From assembly GCA_002269645.1 (NCBI GenBank), contig NIVC01002013.1, positions 1-64,000 on the forward strand: a stretch of DNA of 64,000 nucleotides, given 5' to 3'. Positions 48,289 to 56,266 of the stretch are shown in pieces. The first letter of the stretch is position 1, and every line of letters starts with the position of its first letter. Position numbers and translations under genes: made by a program. The notes under the pieces were generated by a model. It was not told the DNA's origin. It made no database searches and worked only from the letters and a program-made list of their open reading frames with translations. Source of the DNA: Macrostomum lignano (Eukaryota).

Positions 48289-51200
48289 GAGGAGCAGAGA
48301 GAAATGAGAAGAGATAAGAGATAAAAGATAAAAGAAGAGAAAGGAATGATGAGAGAGCAAAGACGAGAGAGAAAAGAGGTGAGGGAAGAGACGAGAGAAG
48401 AGGGAGAGGGGAGAGATGAGAGAGTAGAGGAGAGAGGAGAGGGGGAGAGAGGAGAGAGGAGAGGAGAGAGAAAACGAAAAAGTAGAGAGGAGAAAGGAGA
48501 TGAGAGAGAAACGAAGAGACAAGAGATGAGATAAGAGAGATGAAAGAGAAGAGAGGTGAGGGAAGATACGAGAGAAGAGGGGAGAGATGAGAGAGTAGAG
48601 GAGAGAGTTAAGAGAAGAGAGAAAAGAATAGAAAGGAGAAGGAAGATAAGAGAGAAGAGGGGGTGAGAGGAGAGAGGAGAGGGGGAGAGAGGAGAGAGGA
48701 GAGGAGAGAGGAGAGGAGAGAGAAAAGAAGAGACAAGAGATGAGATAAGAGGGATGAAAGAGAAGAGAGATGAGGGAAGATACGAGAGAAGAGAGGAGAG
48801 AAGAGAGAGGAGAGGAGAGAGGAGAGGAGAGAGAAAAGAAGAGACAAGAGATGAGATAACAGGGATGAAAGAGAAGAGAGATGAGGAAAGATACGAGAGA
48901 AGAGGGGGAGAGGAGAGAGGAGAGAGGAGAGGCGAGGGACGAGAGAGATGAGAGGAAACAAAGAGACGATAGAAATTTTAAAGGATCCAAGGGACGTAGG
49001 GAGAGTCAGGGAGAGACCAGAGTTTAGCAATATATGTTTTAGTCAGACAGACATTGCCTGACATTCTGCGCAGTACCCCAGCCAACAATGTCTCAAACCC
49101 TAATTTTACACGAATGTGCTCCATTTTATGTCTACCTCTATCCTACTAACTATTAACAAGTTTTTGTTTGTGTATGGCCTTAGATTTCAGAATACATGCA
49201 AAAGTAGTTCCGGGGATTGGAATTCCCCGGGTTCAAAATCCGCGGGTTTCAACAGCTTGTCTCTACATATAAAAATCAAAACTTTGTCTGTGTGTCTGTC
49301 TGTGTGTCTGTGGACAATTTTGATCGCTATGGACTCCCAAACCGCTCAACCAAATTACACCAAACTTTACACCCACCCTAAATTCACTACGGAGAATGTC
49401 TTAGGCTACCTTTTAATTTCCTAGACTCAAGTCTTCCTACCTAAAAGTACAAAAAACTGCTCAAAATGCGCGATTTTTTCACTAAATCCTCCATAGCGCC
49501 GCTCCACTTCTACCGATTCTCTTCAAATTTGACACAGGCAATTTTCAACTATTTTGACACAATCGTGTAAAATTTCAAATCTCAAAGTTAATCCTGAAAG
49601 CCGCGGTGCACTTTTAAAGTTAGGCTGTTTTTTTCAGCGTAGCAACCACCCCAACCTCCACCCGCCTGCCTCTCTTTCCTGATCTGGGCAAAGGGTGCAA
49701 ATAGGTTTTTAAACGACTAACTTTGGGCTGCCATAAGTTTGCTTCACGTGAAGCGATTAACTTCAAATTTGACACAATTCTTCATTAACTTATTCTCTGT
49801 CTAAATGTAAATTCTCAACTCTGTATCTCAATCAGGACGGAAACTGTAAGCATGTGAAGTTTGTCTGCTTTTTCTGTTGTTTGTGCCACTCACTCACTCC
49901 ACTCATTCCCCCAGAGCCAGACGAAGGATCAGACGGTAGGACTGAATGTACATAGCAAATGTACAGTGTTTTGGAATAACTTTATTTATAAACTTCTCTG
50001 CACCCCCGCGCGTGGAGAGGCTACGTTTAGCCATGACAGTTAAGTGAGAAATTCTAACCACTGCCCTCTGTATAGGCAAACTCTGCAGCAGTTTAACAGT
50101 GGATGGCAATTGGCAAATCGAGGCAATCCAGAATGGTTTGTAAAAGCGAAATATTTATGAAAAGGCGATGCAATGCAATGAAATACAACCCTACTAAATT
50201 AGGCACACCATGGAAATTTTAAGTTTCTCTTAAAAGTACTTTGAAATTTAAATGGCCTAAGAAATGCGTATTTCCTTGGTTGTTAGACTGATGCAGACTG
50301 CAGTGGAGCTGAAGATACACAAATTCCTTTCAGGGCTGCAAATTGGCAAGAAAGATGACGTGATCAAAGCATGAGAATAACGATGAGAGTAGTACGTCCC
50401 ACAAACTGGCTTTCGAAGCAGGGATCGGCAGACTTTTACTTCAAAAGCCAGATAAAGAATCCAGCTTATGTGCGGGCCAGATGAGAGTGGAAAGGAGAAG
50501 GAATAGACTATTAGAAGAGAGGAGAGGCGGGACGGGGATAAGAGAAAACATGGAAGATAAGAGAAGAGACAAGTGGTGAGGAGAGAGCAGAGAAGAAGGG
50601 AGGAAGAAGCGAGAGGAGGGGAGAAAGGAGGGAGAGGAAAGAGTAAAGGTGAGAAGAGGGGAGAGATGAGACAGAGGATCGATGAGAGGAGAGTAGGGAA
50701 GAGTGAGAAAAGAGTAGAGATGAGAGAGCAGAAAGAAGATGACAGAGGGTCAAGAGGAGAGGAGAGAGTAGAAAGGATAGAGAAGAGAGAAGATAAGAGG
50801 GGGAGAGAAGAGTGAGAAGAGAAGAGATAGAGATAAGAGAGATAAGAGAGGGATGTAAGAAGAGGGGAGAAAGGAGAGATGAGATTGTAGAGATGAGACA
50901 AATGAAAGGAGAGATGAGAGAGTAAAGATGAGAGATGAAAAAGGTGAGAGGAGAGTGCAGAGAGATGAGAGAAGATATTAGAGGAGAGAGAGTATAGAAG
51001 AGGGAAGAGAAAAGAAGAGAGGAGTAAGAAAAGAGAGGAGTCAGAAGAGGTGAAAGAGAAGAGTACAGAGGAGATAAGTGAGAGAACGTATTAGAGAGTA
51101 AAGATGACAGATGAGAGAGCAGAGATGAGGGTGAACAGACGAGAGATGGGAGAGTAGAGAGAACAGATGAGAGATAAGAGAGAAGAGATTACAGAGACTA

Positions 51201-51304
51201 GAGGAGAGAGGAGAGACAGGGAGAGAGAAGAGGAAATAGGAGAATGAAGAGGGGAGAGAGTAGAGAGTAGAAGAGGGATGGGAGAGGAGGGATGGCAGAG
51301 GAGA

Positions 51305-51401
<97 letters not shown>

Positions 51402-53304
51402 CAGAGAGAAAAGATAAAAGAAGAGAAAGGAGAGATAAAAACGCAGACAAGAGAGAAGAGAGGTGAGGGAAGAGACGAGTGACGAGGGGAGAGAGAAGAG
51501 ATAAAACAAGAAAAGATATGAGAGGAAAGAGAGAGAGGAAAGAGGTGAGACAAGAGACGAGAGAAGAGGGGAGAGAGGAGAGAGAGAGGAAAGAGGAGAG
51601 AGGAGAGAGGAGAGAGTTAAGAGAAGAGAGAAAAGAATAGAGAGGAGAAGGAAGAGACGAGAGAAGAGGGGGAGAGAGGAGAGAGAGAAGAGAGAAAACG
51701 AAAAAGTAGAGAGGAGAGAGGAGAGGAGAGAGAAAAGAAAAGGGAAGAGATGAGATAAGAGATATAAAAGAGAAGAGAGATGAGGGAAGATACGAAAGAA
51801 GATAGGAGAGAGGAGAGGAGAGAGAAGACGAAAGAGCAGAGAGGAGAGAGGAGAGGAGAGAGAAAACGAAAAGTAGAGAGGAGACAGGAGAGAGGAGAGA
51901 AGAGAGAAGAGATAAGAGAAATGAAAGAGAAGAGAGATGGGGGAAGATATGAGAGAAGAGAGGAGAGAAGAGAGAGGAGAGACTAGGGACGAGAGAGAAG
52001 AGAGGAAACAGAAGAGACGATAGAAATTTTAAAGGATCCAAGGGACATAGGGAGAGTCAGGGAGAGGCCAGAGTTTGCCAATACATGTTTTAGAGTCAGA
52101 CAGACATTGCCTGACATTCTGTGAAGTAACCCAGCCAACAATATCAATGTTTGCTTCAAATCCTAATTTTACACGAATGTGTCCATTTATGTCTACCTCT
52201 ATCCTACTAACTATTAACAAGTTTTTGTTTGTGTATGACCTTAGATTTCAGAATATACATGCAAAAGTAGTTCCGGGGATTGGAATTCCCCGGGTTCAAA
52301 ATCCGCGGGTTTCAACAGCTTGTAACTATATATATATACTAAACTACAAACTCCTTTTTCGGTTTCAGTTACATTTATTGTTATAAAAAACCAACAAATG
52401 TATTATAGGTTACAATAGTTCTTTGCACTCCCAAGAAAATAAAATGAAAATTATTAATTTGCCTAAATTCAAAAGAAAAATAATTTTGCAAGCAAGACTC
52501 CACTAGTGCTAATATGGCTCTGGCTGCCATGTCTATAGGGGGCCTAATATTAGAGCCATGGTCCAGATCATGCTAGGCATATATCCAAACAAAAATTGAT
52601 TAATTATAAATGCATGCCAAAATAAATGGAGTGCATGTCCATTCCTAAAACTATGCTGGTGTTGTACCAATAAATGACATTTTTTATATTGTGACAATAA
52701 ATGACTTTTTGAATTGTATAATAGATCCTTTTTGGCAGATAATTTGGGTAATTTTTCTGCCTTATGGCAATACTATTTCTATTGAAAATTTTATACATGC
52801 TAAAATTTGTTTAAATGCTTTATTAAAAGCTTTAAAAACCCAAAAAGCTTGAAATTTATGCTTAAAATGAACTTTTTTATTTTTAAAATTTACAACAACT
52901 CTACAAAATTCTATAAAGTGCACACTAGGTGTGCACGCACACTATTTGCTTAGGAGTGATGCACGCCAACTATACACGCCTAATTTTGGCATGCAAGGCC
53001 ATGCATGCCTAAATTTTCAGCATATACTACATGATCTGGAGTGTTAAGGTTGGGGGGTGGCAGTGTCCCTAATATAGAATAGAATCCATTCGTCACTGGA
53101 GACGGTGGCTGTTCCTTATTGGCAATATTGCCAAATTAGAGCCACGGTATATTGTGTGCTTAACGTTATGGACATGGCGGACGTGCCTATAAGCTCTAAC
53201 ATTCTAGACAGCCGCCGTGTCAATGGGAACTTAAAAAACTGACAAAGGCAAAGCAAATAATGTACTAAAAACGGGAATTATTAACATACCTTTATTGAAG
53301 ACAT
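14510..53304 (-). CDS. MTAP: S-methyl-5'-thioadenosine phosphorylase gene, 6 coding exons, about 281 aa
   Basis: Exons in transcript order: 53304-53290, 39989-39844, 18696-18579, 16552-16160, 15833-15711, 14560-14510. All GT-AG and phase-consistent. Product [17 protein letters not shown]...TPYGEPSD...LLARHGRRH...[11 protein letters not shown]...DQFIDQT...[11 protein letters not shown]...[14 protein letters not shown]...TDYDSW matches canonical MTAP motifs. Confidence 0.95.
14668..15568 (+). repeat. 13-bp minisatellite (GATTGAGAATCCC)n in MTAP intron 5
   Basis: About 68 tandem units with minor variants (GGAG/TGAA, CCC/CCT). Confidence 0.97.
15711..15833 (-). CDS. MTAP: MTAP coding exon 5
   Basis: tctacag|[17 protein letters not shown]...[10 protein letters not shown]|gtgag; 123 nt, phase 0/0. 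Confidence 0.93.
15906..16150 (+). repeat. 31-bp minisatellite (AGAAAGCGCCAATAGAAGATGACGCGCCAGC-like), about 8 copies, MTAP intron 4
   Basis: 31-bp periodicity visible directly; abuts the exon 4 donor. Confidence 0.92.
16160..16552 (-). CDS. MTAP: MTAP coding exon 4
   Basis: [18 protein letters not shown]...[13 protein letters not shown]...[37 protein letters not shown]|gtgagt. Confidence 0.96.
16600..16760 (-). mobile_element. 5'-truncated SINE fragment (same family core as 11375-11742)
   Basis: Reverse complement reads TTATTTGAGGCT...GCTTGGCTCTGCTCGTGC...CAAGGCACAGTGAAGTATACACGCCTGACGAT...GTCAGGGCCGCTGTACACCCTGTGTGAG, which aligns to 11450-11600. Confidence 0.85.
16826..17598 (+). repeat. 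80-bp tandem repeat, about 9.7 copies, two alternating variants
   Basis: Exact 80-bp period (predicted ORFs recur every 80 bp); variants GTACAAGGGGAGAACAATGAA and GTGCAAGGG(G/A)AGAGCACTGAA. Confidence 0.97.
18579..18696 (-). CDS. MTAP: MTAP coding exon 3
   Basis: cctcag|G CAC GGC...; [39 protein letters not shown]|gtgag. Confidence 0.95.
18870..19085 (+). mobile_element. tRNA-derived SINE copy (head plus shared core, different 3' region)
   Basis: B box GGTTCGATTCC at 18915-18925, then TTTATTTGGGGCT...GAGAGCCAACCC..CAAGGCGCAG..GTGTACATGCCTGACGAT..GTCAGGGCCG, matching the 11375 SINE core. Confidence 0.8.
19900..20173 (+). CDS. Predicted 62-aa two-exon CCHC zinc-knuckle microprotein nested antisense in MTAP intron 2
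   Basis: Exons 19900-19951 and 20037-20173, 85-bp A|gtaagt...ttgtag|AG intron; [62 protein letters not shown]; exact CX2CX4HX4C. Confidence 0.65.
21750..22910 (-). pseudogene. Degraded RTE-clade non-LTR retrotransposon (RT C-terminal region)
   Basis: Minus-strand fragments resemble RTE motifs: SKFC..YL...[10 protein letters not shown] (FxYLG..EEI.HRI), [14 protein letters not shown] (FH.RCLR.IL.I.W) and RRGHVV...[10 protein letters not shown] (RW.GHV...RLPK.LFYGEL). Many stops and frameshifts. Confidence 0.55.
24129..27142 (+). pseudogene. THAP-domain P-element/THAP9-like transposase pseudogene
   Basis: [10 protein letters not shown]...FHSFP...RICSLHF...[10 protein letters not shown] (THAP); [19 protein letters not shown], [14 protein letters not shown], [27 protein letters not shown]. 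In-frame stops and frameshifts; probable intron 26050-26220. Confidence 0.88.
27862..28968 (+). repeat. Left subterminal 12-bp array of the CACTA element with 216-bp higher-order repeats
   Basis: Units GCTCATTCTCTC, GCTAATTCTCTC, GCTTGTTGTCTC; blocks recur at 28259, 28475 and 28691 (216 bp = 18 units). Confidence 0.95.
29392..32468 (+). CDS. CACTA/EnSpm-type DDE transposase, 3 exons, 918 aa, apparently intact
   Basis: Exons 29392-29900, 30053-31608, 31777-32468 with in-phase GT-AG joins. Motifs: FCPRC...CRNC; NIDGFPLF; FVMDAPQRA; HGCDNC; [12 protein letters not shown]; PRTL; [11 protein letters not shown]; YNAHQV; YGPLW; FES. Exon 1 has 36-bp ([12 protein letters not shown]) repeats and an acidic tract. 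Confidence 0.88.
33088..34816 (+). pseudogene. Accessory gene of the CACTA element: coiled-coil plus C-terminal BEN-like domain, frameshifted
   Basis: ORF pieces 33138-33434 (intron 33435-33526), 33527-33727, 33747-34020 and 34022-34816; heptad-rich segment; C-terminal [21 protein letters not shown]...KKSAVLAFL resembles BEN consensus. Confidence 0.65.
34858..35230 (+). repeat. GC-rich 60-bp tandem repeat, about 6 copies
   Basis: Unit ...GCCGTTGTCCGCGGCGACGGCAACGCGGGCGAGACGCCGACGGCAGGCAGCGCT...; 60-bp period (34965, 35025, 35085). Confidence 0.92.
35444..36081 (-). mobile_element. Internally deleted mariner element inside the CACTA element
   Basis: Minus strand [10 protein letters not shown]...[14 protein letters not shown]...LAGRNF (mariner C-terminal catalytic region); TIR TACGAGGGGCATTCAAAAAGTTTTGGCAAC at 36052-36081; eroded partner TIR at about 35444-35462. 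Confidence 0.85.
36510..36990 (-). repeat. Right subterminal array of the CACTA element
   Basis: GAGAGAATGAGC units (reverse complement of the left-array unit GCTCATTCTCTC) mixed with GAGTAACAGTAGC. Confidence 0.95.
37709..38016. mobile_element. 308-bp MITE (hAT- or P-type)
   Basis: TIR CATACATGCGCAAC and GTTGTGCATGTATG; 8-bp TSD TTTAGTAT at 37701-37708 and 38017-38024. Confidence 0.88.
38134..39168 (+). pseudogene. Frameshifted BEN-domain-like gene relic
   Basis: ORF 38539-39168 contains [22 protein letters not shown]...[12 protein letters not shown]...[12 protein letters not shown] (BEN-like); upstream coding-like pieces in other frames with stops. Confidence 0.5.
39844..39989 (-). CDS. 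MTAP: MTAP coding exon 2
   Basis: ttccccttcag|GTT GGA ATC ATT GGT GGC... encodes [49 protein letters not shown]; ends AG|gtgaag. Confidence 0.95.
41240..43988 (-). mobile_element. Non-autonomous Helitron copy 1
   Basis: Reverse complement of copies 2 and 3: 5' TC..ATATAAA..GTCTGTGTGT..; 3' ...GGGTTTCAACAGCTTG|T; internal CT-rich tract 41530-42840. Confidence 0.82.
44150..44710 (+). repeat. CT-rich low-complexity polypyrimidine tract
   Basis: Almost only C/T on the plus strand; same texture as the Helitron internal tracts but different flanks. Confidence 0.85.
45025..45326 (+). repeat. 156-bp tandem duplication (2 copies)
   Basis: ATTTCTCAGTAAGTCAGTAT...GATCTCTGACCTAT at 45025-45170 and 45181-45326. 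Confidence 0.9.
46140..49259 (+). mobile_element. Non-autonomous Helitron copy 2
   Basis: Host A then TCTCTACCTATAAAAATC...; 3' GC-rich hairpin CCCCGGG...CCGCGGG followed by CAACAGCTTG; no TSD; GA-rich tract 47340-48960. Confidence 0.85.
49260..52322 (+). mobile_element. Non-autonomous Helitron copy 3, head-to-tail with copy 2
   Basis: Junction CAGCTTG|TCTCTAC at 49259/49260; ends CAGCTTG|T at 52322; GA-rich tract 50500-52020. Confidence 0.85.
52562..53040. mobile_element. Putative MITE, about 480 bp
   Basis: Terminal inverted TCCAGATCATG and CATGATCTGGA, AT-rich interior; no TSD identified. Confidence 0.5.
53290..53304 (-). CDS. MTAP: MTAP coding exon 1 (MSSIK)
   Basis: Minus strand ATG TCT TCA ATA AAG|GTATGT; phase-0 join to VGIIGGSG, the same K|xG position as the first intron of vertebrate MTAP (recalled). 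Confidence 0.75.
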
Positions 53305-54227
53305 TTTGTACTAACTAAAATTGCACTGATAGTAATAAGAGTGTAAGAAGGAAAAATTACGAAACCGTATTTGCGAAAAATTCAGCTGACGCAAAGGCAG
53401 ACACAGAGACTCCAGTCCAGAGTTTTGATATTGCTCTATTTAGAAAACCAGTAACAGCGTAGAACGTTCTTGGAAAACCATCCTATTAAAACATGTGCCC
53501 AATAAAACAAAAAACTCAAAGGTATTCATTTCAATTACATAAAATAATATACTGCTTAGCTTTTATCCTGTTAGTAAGAACTTTTTTAATATATACATTT
53601 TTTTTCCGCCCTTGTTCATTTTTTTAATTTTTCGTTCCTTATGCACTTGTAGTGATGTAAGCTTGAGCTTAAATTGTCTGCAAATTCTGCAAGTACCCGT
53701 ATACCATTATACCAACCGTTAAACCTTTCAAATTTGGTGCCCCTAGACGGGATAAAGCATGCTTCCATGTCGCGCTTTCTGAAGCGTCTAGCTATTATGT
53801 TATTGCGCTCTTTTTTGTATCACATTTAATCGGAAGAAAATTTATACATTCTTTTGTATTTAAACGGGCAATAAAGAAGTTGCAGTAATTAAGAATTCTG
53901 TACTTATTATAAAATTTTGCTAGAACTAGCTTTGAGTAGGAAAACGAATATAGCTATTGATTCTAGCCTAGACTTAAAGCCTCTACATCTGATCTAGCCG
54001 GTCACTGGTCAGATCGTCATATTCCATTTCGTCATATCGGATGACGAAGTGACCAGAAGCAAAGAAGCTTGAAAAATAATATGACGAAGTTACCAAATAT
54101 TTAGTTATACTGGATACTTCGTCATCAACTAATCAATCTGTGCGTGATTCGAGTTAGTGTACACTAACACTATTTTTTGTTTTTGTTTAAAAGCTGCGGC
54201 AAGCAGAACCGATCTATCGACAGGTTT

Positions 54228-55184
54228 TGTGGCAGGCGGGATGCCACAGTAATTGTTTGGACTCAGTTTTTAATAATTTTAAGCGCTATCAAAACTTAAT
54301 TTACTGACCCAACCACTGTCTTTTCACCCCGATTTTGTCCATCGTCTGCCCAGCTCCCTTTTCCTTCCGTGGCCTGGTCGCGTCCCTTCGCTGTTTTTTG
54401 TCGTCCCTTTGTTGAAATTTTGTTATCCGCCCGGTGTCCCAATGTTTTTGAGCCGGTCCATCCCGTGAATTTCTGTTTGCCCAGCGTTTGCTTCCAGTAC
54501 TTGTCAGCCCCCTTTCGGGTATTTATTCTGCTAATTGTTGTGCCCAGTTTTCTCATAGGCTTCGTCTCCCTCGTTCTCTACCCTTCCCCTTTCTTCCGTT
54601 TTCAGTAAGCTTTGATTCGTTAAATTAGTGGTCCTATTTATTATTGAATTAATTTAGCGCCCCGGCGCCGCAAGAGCGAATTCATCTCGCGTGTCCAAAT
54701 AATAGTTATAATAACTTTATTCAGTGCTCGCCTGCTAACTAAGCTATCATAATAAACCGACATCCTTAAATTAGCTTTTAATTTCATTCGTTGAGCCATA
54801 GCTTCTCTTGAATCATTTGCCCGTGGGGCGTAAAATAACCAAAGCTCTCATCTCAAAGAAAGCTCTGAGACTTATCCGTTCCGTAATACGTAAATTACGG
54901 TGGTGGCAGCAACTACCCTACTGAAAGTAACCAGTTCAACACATCGGCGCATTAATTTACGGAGCCGGAAATCTCCGGTGTTTTCATCGCTTTGAACGAC
55001 CCGAGCCGCTAAACGACCGCTCTGCTACGATTACGACTACCCTCCCCCCGGACTTGAGAACCCGGCAGCCGGAGTAAAAGGAGAAAGATTTTTCCTGTTG
55101 AGATTCGTCTGCGCGATTTTCCGGTTTTATTCGTGCGAACTCAACATTCGGCGGAAATTCAAACGAGGAATCCGCCCCACCTCA
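54228..55184 (+). repeat. 5' LTR (right boundary inferred)
   Basis: TG start, AATAAA at about 54750, ends ...CCACCTCA followed by C-TGGTGTCAG (PBS-like, 55186-55194). The boundary cannot be confirmed because the 3' LTR is truncated. Confidence 0.65.
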
Positions 55185-55268
55185 CTGGTGTCAGCAAATT
55201 TTCAAAACCGCCCAATCTCCAAAGGAAATCTTCTCCACATCGCCACAACCTATCCCGCAGTCGTCAGG

Positions 55269-56038
55269 ATGGAGCTGCCAGACAATCTGACGTTTGGGGA
55301 GTTCAAACAACGATTGTCTGAACGCTTTACGCATGTGGCCGACACGCTGGAGTACCGGGAGCAGTTCCGAAGCTGCCAGCAAGGCAAGAACGAGAGTGTT
55401 GACGACTATGGCGATCGACTAATTGCTCTGGCGGATAGAGCATTTCCGCATTTTACCCCAGTTCAGAAGCAGGCTGAACTGGTGGATCAGTTCACAGTGG
55501 GAGTGCGGATTGCTCAGTCGGCGAGAGAACAGCTAATCCTGGTGCGACCGCAGAATCTGACCGCAGCGAGACGGGCCGTGCTACGCTTGGAGACAGCAGC
55601 TAGTCTGGCTCAGCGAGTAGCACCGCCGCCAGCAGCGAGACACGTCCGGGTTCTCGAGGATGACAACAGTCAGCCGCCCTCTGTGGTGCAACACGACGAC
55701 AAGTCATCTCGGCCCGAGGAGAACTGGTTGCGTGAGGTCATGGAACAACAAGTCGAGACTCTGAGACATTGAGTAACGAGATGCGAGAATTCTACTCACG
55801 GGGATCGCGCGACAACGACACCCAGGAGCCATTGGAGCCTCGCTATCCGCCGCGGGACTCGTGGGGCCAACGCTCCAGATGTTTGGTGCCCTCGACTCCT
55901 CGCCGCAGCGCCGACGGAAGCGCCCAATTTACGACACCCGGCACGCGAATGGTGCCGCAGCAACCGTTCCATCGACTTCAGCAACCTCGAGACGGCAGCA
56001 ATCCGCCGCCGAGAACGCCGCCAGCAGGAGGTCAACGT

Positions 56039-56070
<32 letters not shown>

Positions 56071-56266
56071 GAGTTCAAGGCCGCCGCCTTACCAGTTGCG
56101 ACGGCAGAATGCCATGTGTTACAGGTGCAATCGCGAGCATCGTGCCGATGAGTGCCCGCACCGGCGGTCAGCCAGCACCGCGTCCCAGCGCAACGGCAGC
56201 TCGGGAAACGGGACGGCTGGACGCGCCATCGGGGGCAGCGCCATCCAGCAGCCGCGCCAGTACTGA
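55269..56266 (+). pseudogene. gag: gag, interrupted by a frameshift near 55760
   Basis: Capsid-like TFGEFKQRLSERF...FRSCQQGKNESVDDYGDRL; stop at 55772; continuation 55769-56266 with poly-Q and the knuckle CYRCNREHRADEC. Confidence 0.8.

Noticed and set aside
41526-52041. Many Leu/Ser-rich or Arg/Glu-rich ORFs up to 456 aa
   Set aside because: CT/GA low-complexity tracts lack stop codons by composition.
54296-54608. Short ORFs within the LTRs (also 63205-63517)
   Set aside because: Under 90 aa, in pyrimidine-rich U3-like sequence, with no motifs.
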